From an uncultured Gammaproteobacteria bacterium (GTDB lineage: Bacteria; Patescibacteriota; Patescibacteriia; 2-01-FULL-39-33), in NCBI GenBank assembly GCA_964361645.1, contig CAYIBK010000002.1:1-60715 (forward strand): DNA of 60,715 nt, given 5' to 3'. A model generated the notes under the pieces. It searched no databases. It was not told the DNA's origin and saw only the letters and a list, made by a program, of their open reading frames with translations. The translations under genes and the position numbers were made by a program. Below are positions 33,531-42,745 of the stretch, one piece after another (position 1 is the first letter of the stretch; the number at the start of each line of letters is the position of its first letter).

Positions 33531-34082
33531 ATGAGAAAAATAATTTTAATCATCTATCTTGTTGTATTGATAGTTTTAACTATTTTTGTAGTTATAACTC
33601 ATGGCGTAAATAAGAAAGGATGGTCTGATTTAGAAGTTAAAGAAATTACCAATTTTGAAGAATGTGCCCTAGCTACTCAAATTGTAATGGAAAGTTATCC
33701 CAGACAATGCCGATTTAACAATCAAACTTTTATGGAAGACATCGGTAACGAATTAGATAAAGCGGATTTAATTAGAATTAATAATCCTCGGCCCAATCAA
33801 AAAATTAATAACCCCATTACCATAACTGGTGAAGCTAGAGGCAATTGGTTTTTTGAGGCCAGTTTTCCGGTGCGTTTGTATGATGATAATAATAATCTTT
33901 TGGGCAGTGGCATTGCCCAAGCTCAAGGGGATTGGATGACTACTGATTTTGTGCCGTTTTCTGTCTCGATGCAGTTTAGCGCTCCTCAAACGCCAAAAGG
34001 TTTATTAATTTTGCAAAAAGACAATCCATCTGGTTTGCCGGAAAACGATGATCAATTAAAGGTGCCGGTGTTTTTTCAATAA
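33531..34082 (+). CDS. secreted/membrane-anchored protein with a Gmad2-type Ig-like domain
   Basis: N-terminal TM/signal anchor. INNPITITGEARGNWFFEASFPVRLYDDNNNLLG matches the Gmad2 Ig-like pattern (from memory). Confidence 0.6.
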   Translation: MRKIILIIYLVVLIVLTIFVVITHGVNKKGWSDLEVKEITNFEECALATQIVMESYPRQCRFNNQTFMEDIGNELDKADLIRINNPRPNQKINNPITITGEARGNWFFEASFPVRLYDDNNNLLGSGIAQAQGDWMTTDFVPFSVSMQFSAPQTPKGLLILQKDNPSGLPENDDQLKVPVFFQ

Positions 34083-34128
34083 AATATAAGTTATAATTAA
34101 ATAGTTGATAAACAAAATTATAAATACT

Positions 34129-34935
34129 ATGAATGAGAAAAGATTTCCTGGTCGTAGTGTGGAAATAGAACCAAAAATAGATCCGAAACTGGAAAGACAA
34201 CTTTTAGAAGATCAAGAAGCTAATAGCTTGGACGATGAATTTGATAAATATGAGGAATATGATTTAGAAACTCCAGCGGAGATGATAACTGAACTAAAGG
34301 GTTATAAGCCGGCTCAACCGGATTATTCTAAGCCGCCGAAATTGGAATTGGCTGATATGTTAAATGAAGAAGGCGAAGTGGTTGATTTTAGCCAAGCTAA
34401 AAGTTATCACGAACTCATGGAGATGATTACCCGAGAAGGCAAAATTAAAAATCAATTAGGCCAAGAGTTGTCAGCTGAAACTGTTATTAATTTGATTTAT
34501 AAATTAACTTATCAAGATTTAAAAAATTATCAAAGAGAAGATTGGACCAACATCACTTTGCGCCATAAATTAAGAGAAACGGTGGCCAAATTAATTTATG
34601 AATACAAGGAGACCGATGAATTTAGGGCTTTGGCCGGTTTGGATCTAAGCCGAGCCATTACAGTGGATGAGGTGATTGGACTAGTGGAGGTCAAAAAAAG
34701 ATTAATTGATGCCCAAGGAAATTATGTTAGCTCTGATATTGTAGTTAGTAACATTAAAGCGAATCTCCTCCACTTACTTCCAGAATCGATACGTTTTAAA
34801 ATTATAGAAATAAATAAAAGTGAAAACGGAGAACATCTGTCTAAACTACCCGAAAAATATAAAACACCAATACCTCCGGTCTCATTTTTTAGCCGTTTAG
34901 GAAATACCTTTTCAAAATTAAAATTTTGGAAATAA
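34129..34935 (+). CDS. hypothetical acidic protein
   Basis: The track ORF starts at TTG 34105. ATG 34129 (MNEKRF...) is preferred. No family recognised. Confidence 0.55.
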   Translation: MNEKRFPGRSVEIEPKIDPKLERQLLEDQEANSLDDEFDKYEEYDLETPAEMITELKGYKPAQPDYSKPPKLELADMLNEEGEVVDFSQAKSYHELMEMITREGKIKNQLGQELSAETVINLIYKLTYQDLKNYQREDWTNITLRHKLRETVAKLIYEYKETDEFRALAGLDLSRAITVDEVIGLVEVKKRLIDAQGNYVSSDIVVSNIKANLLHLLPESIRFKIIEINKSENGEHLSKLPEKYKTPIPPVSFFSRLGNTFSKLKFWK

Positions 34936-35006
34936 TATTTAATCTTTTTAAATGGATCTGATTAATTAAAAAAATCGCCACTAGTGGCGATTTTATGATT
35001 GGGAGT

Positions 35007-36572
35007 TTAATTTCTGCCCAAAATTATCAGGAAGTTAGCGCTAGAACTAATAGCCACAGGAACACTAGAAATCACACCAACTCCATAAATTTTAGCTAAT
35101 TCGCTAGCTGTGCCAGGGTTTTTACCCTTAGATAAATCATAAATTAAAGTTTTGGCGTAATCATGATTATCGGCATTGCCAGCTTTGATAACCTCAAATC
35201 CTTTTTTCTCCAACTCCGCCTGTTGCTTATTAGCATAGCCAGTTGTCCAAGTGCCGTTTCTAATTTCGATAGTGGCTCCTTCTGTTTTGTAATCAGCTAG
35301 TGGCGCCAGTGGCAAGGTGCTAGTGGCTTTTATTTCTGGTTCTGGCTCGGTTTTTATATCGGTCGTGGTCGTTGTTGGTTGATTGCCACCGGTTAAATTA
35401 GTTGGCTGGCTATTATTTTTTACCGCTATTGTCGTGCCGGTGGTAGAGAAAATATTTTGCCATAAGTTTTTAATCTCGCTAAAATTACCATCATTGGGTA
35501 TTAGCACATAAGCTTCGTTTACAATTTGTGAGTGAACCAATCCGCCGCTGGCATCTGACAGGGTGTGATTGATTATTTTGCTAGTATCAACATCTTTGGC
35601 CATTTGAGCCAACTTGAGTATTTGCCAAATTTCTAGATTAGTATTGATATGCTCGTTGTAAGCGGTTAAAAGGCTGTTGATTTTTTTAGGATTTAAAATA
35701 GTGCTGAAACTAAAGACTTTTTCTTTTAGCGCGGCCAAGATTTTTTGCTGTCTTTTGGACCTGGCGAAATCAGATCCTTCACCACCTAGAGCATGACGGG
35801 ACCTGGCGTATTTTAAAGCTAGAGCGCCATCCATATGTTGCTGGCCTTGTTTGATATTTAATACTTCATAACGGTTTTCAATCGGAAAAATATCCTCTTT
35901 GCCTCGAATGGGGTATTGCGGATCAATTAAATTTCTATCTACATAAATATCCACTCCGCCGAATTCATCAATCAGTCTTTCAAAACCAGAAAAATCAACA
36001 GTCACATAATAATCTATCTTACTATCAAGTAATTCGCCCAAAGCACTGGCCATTTCCCGTCCGCCACTGCCACTTTCTTTGGCTTCAGCATAAGCATTAA
36101 TAGCATTTACTTTCATCCAATTATAATTGGTAGTTTTAACACTTAAATCTCGGGGGATGGATAACATAGCCACTTGGTTGGTGCTAGGTTTGAATGATCC
36201 TAAGATTATGGTATCAGCCAAAGTGCCACCCTCGTGGCCGCTGCCTCCCATGCCGATTAATAAGATATTGATACGATCGTTATTTTCTCCCAGCAATTCT
36301 TTGCTACCCGCTCCTATCAATTTGCCCATTTGCTGCAATAGATTTAATTTGGATAGATTTTTAATTAGATTTTCATCAGAAAAAACTATGGAAGACGAAA
36401 AAACTGCCAATAATATTACTATCACTATAATAACACTGGCAATTAATTTTTTGAGGTTGTATTTTCTTTTGGGTCGATGATGTTGTTTTTTTTCTGAAAT
36501 TTGTGCTATTTCGGAAATTTTTATTTCTGCCTTATCTTCATCTGATAATAAGTTAATCTTGACTTTTTCCAT
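35007..36572 (-). CDS. LytR-CpsA-Psr (LCP) family protein with C-terminal LytR_C-like domain
   Basis: INILLIGMGGSGHEGGTLADTIILGS...LSIPRDL...FSGFERLIDEFGGVDI core. N-terminal TM anchor. Confidence 0.9.
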   Translation of the reverse strand: MEKVKINLLSDEDKAEIKISEIAQISEKKQHHRPKRKYNLKKLIASVIIVIVILLAVFSSSIVFSDENLIKNLSKLNLLQQMGKLIGAGSKELLGENNDRINILLIGMGGSGHEGGTLADTIILGSFKPSTNQVAMLSIPRDLSVKTTNYNWMKVNAINAYAEAKESGSGGREMASALGELLDSKIDYYVTVDFSGFERLIDEFGGVDIYVDRNLIDPQYPIRGKEDIFPIENRYEVLNIKQGQQHMDGALALKYARSRHALGGEGSDFARSKRQQKILAALKEKVFSFSTILNPKKINSLLTAYNEHINTNLEIWQILKLAQMAKDVDTSKIINHTLSDASGGLVHSQIVNEAYVLIPNDGNFSEIKNLWQNIFSTTGTTIAVKNNSQPTNLTGGNQPTTTTTDIKTEPEPEIKATSTLPLAPLADYKTEGATIEIRNGTWTTGYANKQQAELEKKGFEVIKAGNADNHDYAKTLIYDLSKGKNPGTASELAKIYGVGVISSVPVAISSSANFLIILGRN

Positions 36573-36727
36573 TATTTTTTATAAGTTTAATTTTCTTGGT
36601 AGTGAATTAATCAACATATCTTATATTGTAGTTTATTAGTTGATATTTGACAAGGTTTTATGTTATAGCAAAACTTGCAAAATATCACTTTAGATGCTAT
36701 AATCTATATTAGTATCATATTAAAAAA

Positions 36728-37360
36728 GTGGATAATTCTTCTGATTACAATTCAAACACTGGTCAATACTCATTTGGTGCTCCTCCAAAGAGCCGTTTTC
36801 AAAAGACCTTGGAGTTTATTTGGGAAATGGCAAAGATAACTTTCATTTCCTTGGTTATAATTATACCGATTCGATATTTTCTAATTCAGCCGTTTTATGT
36901 TAAGGGCGCTTCCATGGAACCCAACTTCCATGATCATGAATATTTGATTATTGATGAAATCAGCTATCGTTTCAACGAACCCCAAAGAGGGGATATAGTG
37001 GTTTTTAAATATCCTAGGGATCCCAGACAATTCTTTATCAAAAGAGTTATTGGTTTACCGGGCGAAACAGTTAAAATTGAAAATGGCCTTATCTTTATAA
37101 CTTCGGTGGACGGCCAGGCCAACACTTTAAAAGAAGATTATCTTAGTAGTGAAGTAGAAACTTTGTTACCTGTAAGCGGTTACGGAGAGGTGAAATTAAA
37201 AGATGATGAGTATTATTTGATGGGAGACAATAGGAGTCAGAGTCTTGATTCCAGAGTCTTTGGCCCGGTTAAATCCGATTTCATAATCGGCCGAACCTGG
37301 ATCAGGGGGTGGCCCTTTAATAAATTAACGTTATTTGCTACGCCGGAATATGGATTCTAA
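36728..37360 (+). CDS. lepB: signal peptidase I
   Basis: GASMEPNF (catalytic Ser), FIKRVIGLPGE (catalytic Lys box) and GDNRSQSLDSR. Confidence 0.92.
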   Translation: MDNSSDYNSNTGQYSFGAPPKSRFQKTLEFIWEMAKITFISLVIIIPIRYFLIQPFYVKGASMEPNFHDHEYLIIDEISYRFNEPQRGDIVVFKYPRDPRQFFIKRVIGLPGETVKIENGLIFITSVDGQANTLKEDYLSSEVETLLPVSGYGEVKLKDDEYYLMGDNRSQSLDSRVFGPVKSDFIIGRTWIRGWPFNKLTLFATPEYGF

Positions 37361-37380
37361 ATTAAATACGCAATTATAAT

Positions 37381-38889
37381 ATGTCGAGAAAAAAAATAAT
37401 TGAGCCAAAGAAGCCTAATAAAAATATAGATAAAAAAGTTATTACCGAAATAAAAAAAACCAAAAAATCTAAAAAAGATCTAGCTACTGTTACTGGTATG
37501 CGCGATATTCTTCCGCAGGATCAGAAATATTGGGAAAAAGTAAGAGAAGTGGCCAAACAGATTTCTAAAGATTATGGCTACGAAAGGATTGATACGCCGA
37601 TTTTAGAATATTCCGAGTTGTTTGTCAGGGGAGTTGGCGCTGGGACCGATATTGTAGAAAAAGAAATGTTTTCCTTTGTTGATCAGGGCGGAGATAATTT
37701 AGTTTTGCGGCCAGAAGGCACGGCTTCGGTGGTTAGAGCCTATATTCAACACGGCATGTTAAACCAAACTCAGCCGGTAAAATTTTTTTACATTGGTCCG
37801 TTATTTCGACACGAAAAACCGCAATCGGGCAGATATAGGCAATTCTTTCAATTTGGTTTTGAAGCTATTGGCGAAGAAAATCCTGCTCTTGATGCCCAAT
37901 TAATACTAATGGGTTGGAATTCTTTAAATGATTTGGGCATTGAATCGGTTATTCAGGTTAATAGTATTGGTTGCAAGGAATGCCGGGAAGAGTATAAGAA
38001 AGCTTTGATTAAGTATTATAAAACCAAAACCAAACTTTTATGTGAAAGCTGCAAAACCAGGATAACTAAAAATCCTTTGCGTCTTTTGGATTGTAAGGAG
38101 GAGGGTTGTAGGGGCGTAAGAGAAAATGCTCCGCAGATATTGGATTATCTAGATGATGCTTGCAAAGATCATTTTATGAAGGTAGTTGGTTATTTGGATG
38201 AGCTTGATTTACCTTATATTTTAAATCCTTATTTAGTTAGAGGACTTGATTATTATTCTAGAACCATATTTGAATATTGGGCTATTGATGATACCGAAGG
38301 CAAAAATGCTTTAGGTGGTGGTGGCAGATACGACAGCTTGGTAAAAATTTTAGGTGGTCGTGAAGATACCCCAGCTTGCGGTTTGTCTATGGGTGTAGAT
38401 AGAATCGTGGCTAAAATGAGAGAGAAGAATATTGAAGTATCAGAAGAAAGAATTGATGTCTTTGTGGCTCAACTGGGCGATGCGGCTAAGAAAAAAGCCA
38501 TGGTGATGTATGAGAATCTTAGAAAAAACAGCGCCTTTACGGTTTCACAGGCTTTCCATAAAGATAGTCTTAAAAAACAGTTGGAAATAGCCAACAAAAT
38601 GAGAGTGAAATTCACTTTGATTATTGGCCAAAAGGAAGTTGGCGATGGCACGATCATGCTAAGAGATATGCAGGGCGGTGTTCAGGAAGTGATTGATTTT
38701 AATAAGATTGAAAGAGAATTAAAGAAGAGATTGGAAAAGTATAATGAAGGAGCAGTTATTGATTTAACCCAAAATGAAGAGGGTGAAAGCAAAACCGAAA
38801 TGTCTGGCAATGTTTCTAAAAGCATCGAAAACTTGGAAGATGAAATAGAAGATGTTGAGGTGATAGAGAAACTGGACTTAGAAGAATAA
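37381..38889 (+). CDS. hisS: histidine--tRNA ligase with a Lys-rich N-terminal and an acidic C-terminal extension
   Basis: GMRDILP, LRPEGTASVVRAY, FRHEKPQSGRYRQF and GGGGRYD motifs. Confidence 0.95.
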   Translation: MSRKKIIEPKKPNKNIDKKVITEIKKTKKSKKDLATVTGMRDILPQDQKYWEKVREVAKQISKDYGYERIDTPILEYSELFVRGVGAGTDIVEKEMFSFVDQGGDNLVLRPEGTASVVRAYIQHGMLNQTQPVKFFYIGPLFRHEKPQSGRYRQFFQFGFEAIGEENPALDAQLILMGWNSLNDLGIESVIQVNSIGCKECREEYKKALIKYYKTKTKLLCESCKTRITKNPLRLLDCKEEGCRGVRENAPQILDYLDDACKDHFMKVVGYLDELDLPYILNPYLVRGLDYYSRTIFEYWAIDDTEGKNALGGGGRYDSLVKILGGREDTPACGLSMGVDRIVAKMREKNIEVSEERIDVFVAQLGDAAKKKAMVMYENLRKNSAFTVSQAFHKDSLKKQLEIANKMRVKFTLIIGQKEVGDGTIMLRDMQGGVQEVIDFNKIERELKKRLEKYNEGAVIDLTQNEEGESKTEMSGNVSKSIENLEDEIEDVEVIEKLDLEE

Positions 38890-38974
38890 TAAATAATAAG
38901 TTATAATTAATGAGATAGTTACACAACTATTCTAACTATCTCAAATAACTCATAGAAAGAGAGGTGAAATCACA

Positions 38975-39217
38975 GTGGCGGAAGTTAAAAGAAAAAAGGG
39001 TGAGACATTTGAAGCTTTGGTTAGAAGATTCAGCAAGAAGATTCAGCAAAGCGGCAGATTGATTCAATCCAGAAAAATTAGATATTACGAACCAGGCAAA
39101 AATAAAACAGCTATCAGATCAGCTGCTGCTAGAAGGCAGGAAATATCTGAGAAAAGAGAATATTTAAAGAAAATTGGAAAATTAGTTGACGAAAAGGAAA
39201 GAGATAATAGAAGATAA
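38975..39217 (+). CDS. rpsU: 30S ribosomal protein S21
   Basis: GTG start with AGAGAGG upstream. VKRKKGETFEALVRRFSKKIQQSGRLIQSRKIRYYE. Confidence 0.92.
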   Translation: MAEVKRKKGETFEALVRRFSKKIQQSGRLIQSRKIRYYEPGKNKTAIRSAAARRQEISEKREYLKKIGKLVDEKERDNRR

Positions 39218-39222
39218 TAGAT

Positions 39223-39291
39223 AGTTATAAAGTTTAAAGTTCATAAAGTTCATAAAGTTAAAGAAATCAATTTTTGACTTTATGACTTTCT
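39223..39291. repeat. AT-rich imperfect palindrome of (C/T)ATAAAGTT / GACTTTAT units after rpsU
   Basis: agttataaagtttaaagttcataaagttcataaagttaaag faces tgactttatgactttct. Confidence 0.65.
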
Positions 39292-39312
39292 AAGGTTTAA
39301 TCAGCCATTACT

Positions 39313-39771
39313 ATGTCTTTAGCCGAAAATATAAATCAAGATTTTTTAATCGCCTTCAAGGGCAAACAAGATACTGTTGTCTCCACCTTAAGAATGCTTA
39401 AGGCTTCTTTAACCAACAAGGAAATAGAAAAAAAATTGCCCAAGGGAGAAAATTTATCCGATGAAGATATCGTCTCCGTAATTAAATCAGAAATAAAAAA
39501 AAGAAAAGATTCATCCCTATCTTATAGCCAAGCCAGTAGAAGCGATTTATCAGAAAAAGAAGATAAAGAAGCGGCCATCTTGGAAAAATATTTGCCTCAG
39601 CAGATGTCTGATGATCAAGTAAAAGATATTGTCGTAAAAATCATTAAAGATACCGGAGCTTCTAGCCCGACTGATTTTGGCAAGGTAATGGGAGCGGTTA
39701 TGGCTCAAACCAAGAATCAGGCGGATGGCCAGATGGTTTCTAAAATTGTCAAAGAAGAATTGGCAAAATAA
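39313..39771 (+). CDS. GatB/YqeY domain protein
   Basis: LKASLTNKEIEK...SVIKSEIKKRKDS...LEKYLPQQMSDDQV...FGKVMGAVMAQTKNQADG. Confidence 0.85.
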   Translation: MSLAENINQDFLIAFKGKQDTVVSTLRMLKASLTNKEIEKKLPKGENLSDEDIVSVIKSEIKKRKDSSLSYSQASRSDLSEKEDKEAAILEKYLPQQMSDDQVKDIVVKIIKDTGASSPTDFGKVMGAVMAQTKNQADGQMVSKIVKEELAK

Positions 39772-39808
39772 AATCAAATAAGAAAACTAAAATAAATTAA
39801 CATGCTTT

Positions 39809-42730
39809 ATGTTTAGGACACGACTTTCATCCCTGCAGAAGTCGAGAGTCGCCAAAAGATTGCTCTTGGCATCTTTCTTGGCGATTTTTTTATATTTTAT
39901 TTTACCGCAAGTCGGTTTAGCCCAAGTGGCCAATCCTAATCGTTTTGGTTTAGCTGATGCAGCCAGTATTGGTTTGCCTCAAAATGATTTAAAAGTAGCC
40001 ATTGTCAGGATTGTCCAGATACTCTTGGGATTTTTGGGCATCATAGCAGTGATTATGATTCTCTACGGCGGTTTTGTTTGGATGACTTCCGGCGGTGATC
40101 CGGCCAAAATTGAAAAAGCCAAAAAAATATTAATCAATACTGTTATTGGCATAATTATTATTTTGTCAGCTTACATTATCACGGCTTTCATTATTATGGC
40201 TTTGATGGGTGCTGGCGGTGGCGGCGGAGGCTGGGGACCAGGTGGCGGCGGTCGTGATGATTGGGGCCGTTGGGGCATTGGCATGGGGCCAATTGAAAGT
40301 GTTTATCCATCTCCTGGACAAGTGGATGTGCCGATTAATACTGCTATTGCGGTTACTTTCAAAGAAACGATCAACCCCCAAACAATTTGCGGCGCTGGTG
40401 TTTGTAATGGCCTAGATACTAAAATGATCAACACCGAAATTTGCCAAGTTGATAACAACGGTGTTTGCAAGCCGGAGGGCGATGAATTTGCTGCCCAAGT
40501 TTTTGTTGACAGTGTGGTAAAAAGCAATGACAATAAAACATTTACTATTATCCCCAATAAATATTTAGGTTTTGAAGATTTTCAAAACCGAAGATTTAAA
40601 GTAACTTTAAAATCAGGCATAGAAACTGTGGCCGAACCAAATAAATCTGTTTTTAATAATTTATTCAATAAAGAATATGCTTGGCAATTTACCACCAACG
40701 GTGAGTTAGATCTTGATCCGCCGGAGATTATTGATTTAGTTGGCGTTTATCCTTATCCGGATGATCAAATAGATATTTATGGAGTAGCCTCGGGCCCAAC
40801 ACCAACTAAGTTTTCTGTGGCGGTTACCCCAGCTAATATTCAATTAGAAGTTTTAGCCTCATTTGTCAGTAATGCTACCAAAACAGCCGGACCAACCAAT
40901 ATTGTGGGTACGCTTTCTGGAAATTATGGTGGAACCGGCACAGGAGTAGTGACAGTCAGAGTTGATTCTGGAACAGGAGAAATAAAAACTACTTGGCCTG
41001 GAGCTATGGGCACATTTAATAGTGGTCAATTTGATCCCACTGGCGCCACTTTAAATATTGGCCCCTACGGTTTGGTTTTTAATGTTAATGGAGTAGTGGC
41101 TCGCGGTGATATTTGGACTTTTAATGTCATAGCCCATATAGAAGGCGATAAATTGCAACTAAAAGATGGCAATAGTGTGCTTAAAACTTATATTTTTGGC
41201 ACCGATATTCCTAACCCCAATAATTTTGATGATAAATTAATCACAGATACTAGCTTATTTGAAGCTTGCGGTGTAAGTTGCATTCAAACTAAACAAACCG
41301 GAGCCGCTACTGCCAAATATAATTTGAATTTTACCGGTGATAACGGATTTATTGTTACCAAAACCAGTGGTTTGGATCAGCAACCCAATAGAGAAGTAAA
41401 AGGACTTCGGGATGCTTATAAAAATACCATTATTCAAATAAATTTTAATGAGGCTATAAATCCCTCCACTATCGCCGATAATATTTTAGTCGAAAGAGTG
41501 GGCACAGGCACAGTTATCGGCTATATAGTGGAAATTTCCAATCAATACAGGACAGTGGAATTAGTCGCTCCAGATGAATGTGGCACCAATAGTTGCGGCG
41601 ATAAAATATTTTGCTGGCCGGTTAATGGCGATTCACAACAATATATAGTAAGGGTTTCATCGGCCACTTTAATGGATGGCAGTGATCCCAAGTGTGCGGC
41701 TTGGGGTGGGACAAACGATGGTCATGGCCGTTGCGTTAAGGATGTTGATAACAAAAAAGTTTTTTATCCTCTATCTCCGCCCATGGATGGAATCATAGAT
41801 ATGAGTTTTAATTCCTTAAACGGCAGTTTTGATATTTATCAATATAACAATAAGACTATGGGCATCGCCCAAGGTAAATCTGGCGATGGCAATGGTCATT
41901 CCGGCCGTCCCGGCTATGAATTAAATAGCAATATACAGTGTTTGCCCGGCGCTTGTGACACTCCTGGTTCAAGAGTGATTACTTACGGATCATCAACTCC
42001 TGTTTATGGAGTGAGCGGGTACGGAGATAATTTTTTCTGGTCATTTTATGTTTCCAGTGAAATAGATAAAAAAGCTCCGTTAGTTAGAACCGATTCGCCT
42101 GTGGGTGATGAAAATATTAGTAGCTCGGAATCAAAAGTTTATTTTTATTTTGACAGGTTAATGCGCAGTTCCACTTTAAAGCCAGGTTGGAATTACGGTT
42201 CCACCGCTAAAGAAAGATCGGTTAGATATTTGATTTTACAAACCATTAGCCAATCGGCTTTGCCCGTTGGTTATTGGGCGTCTAAAGAAGATTTGGATTC
42301 AAACTTTGATGGTTGGGCTGATTATACCAGGGCTAAATTGGCTCATAATGATTTTGATCTAGCTACTAAATATGGCCCGTTGGCCGGATCTGGCGCGGAG
42401 TCGCTTAGCCAGAATTGCTTTTTGCCTAGCGCTGGCCCAGAAGAAGCGGCTAAAGCCGGACAAGAATGTGTTTATAATGGCGATGCTCTGTCTTTAGGTT
42501 GTGCCGATGTTTCATCTACTAATCCCGCTTCTTACGGCTATTTAAATTGTAATGAAATAAAAGATGCCAAAGAATGTGTTTCGGCAGATAATTTTTGCAA
42601 AGTTTTATATTATAAAGCAGATGACGCTACCACTGATTTGGGTGGTAGTTGGATCATAACCAAAGATCATCCCACAGCAGGAGATGGCAGCACTGGCTGT
42701 TGTTTTGGCACTTGTGTACCAAAACCATAA
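39809..42730 (+). CDS. 973-aa surface protein: TrbC/VirB2-like two-helix pilin-type N-terminal module, Gly-rich linker, repeated SbsA/Big_5-like Ig modules
   Basis: The N-terminus LLGFLGIIAVIMILYGGFVWMTSGGDPAKIEKAKKILINTVIGIIIILSAY is paralogous to that of the next gene. It is followed by GAGGGGGGWGPGGGG and then Ig-like signatures (VDVPINTAIAVTFKETINP, IIQINFNEAINPSTI). Confidence 0.85.
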   Translation: MFRTRLSSLQKSRVAKRLLLASFLAIFLYFILPQVGLAQVANPNRFGLADAASIGLPQNDLKVAIVRIVQILLGFLGIIAVIMILYGGFVWMTSGGDPAKIEKAKKILINTVIGIIIILSAYIITAFIIMALMGAGGGGGGWGPGGGGRDDWGRWGIGMGPIESVYPSPGQVDVPINTAIAVTFKETINPQTICGAGVCNGLDTKMINTEICQVDNNGVCKPEGDEFAAQVFVDSVVKSNDNKTFTIIPNKYLGFEDFQNRRFKVTLKSGIETVAEPNKSVFNNLFNKEYAWQFTTNGELDLDPPEIIDLVGVYPYPDDQIDIYGVASGPTPTKFSVAVTPANIQLEVLASFVSNATKTAGPTNIVGTLSGNYGGTGTGVVTVRVDSGTGEIKTTWPGAMGTFNSGQFDPTGATLNIGPYGLVFNVNGVVARGDIWTFNVIAHIEGDKLQLKDGNSVLKTYIFGTDIPNPNNFDDKLITDTSLFEACGVSCIQTKQTGAATAKYNLNFTGDNGFIVTKTSGLDQQPNREVKGLRDAYKNTIIQINFNEAINPSTIADNILVERVGTGTVIGYIVEISNQYRTVELVAPDECGTNSCGDKIFCWPVNGDSQQYIVRVSSATLMDGSDPKCAAWGGTNDGHGRCVKDVDNKKVFYPLSPPMDGIIDMSFNSLNGSFDIYQYNNKTMGIAQGKSGDGNGHSGRPGYELNSNIQCLPGACDTPGSRVITYGSSTPVYGVSGYGDNFFWSFYVSSEIDKKAPLVRTDSPVGDENISSSESKVYFYFDRLMRSSTLKPGWNYGSTAKERSVRYLILQTISQSALPVGYWASKEDLDSNFDGWADYTRAKLAHNDFDLATKYGPLAGSGAESLSQNCFLPSAGPEEAAKAGQECVYNGDALSLGCADVSSTNPASYGYLNCNEIKDAKECVSADNFCKVLYYKADDATTDLGGSWIITKDHPTAGDGSTGCCFGTCVPKP

Positions 42731-42745
42731 TTTTTTTGTGTAACT

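Noticed and set aside
38912-38942. Perfect 10-bp inverted repeat GAGATAGTTA-N11-TAACTATCTC upstream of rpsU
   Set aside because: It is most simply the hisS terminator or an attenuating hairpin in the 85-nt spacer. No further evidence supports a specific regulatory role.
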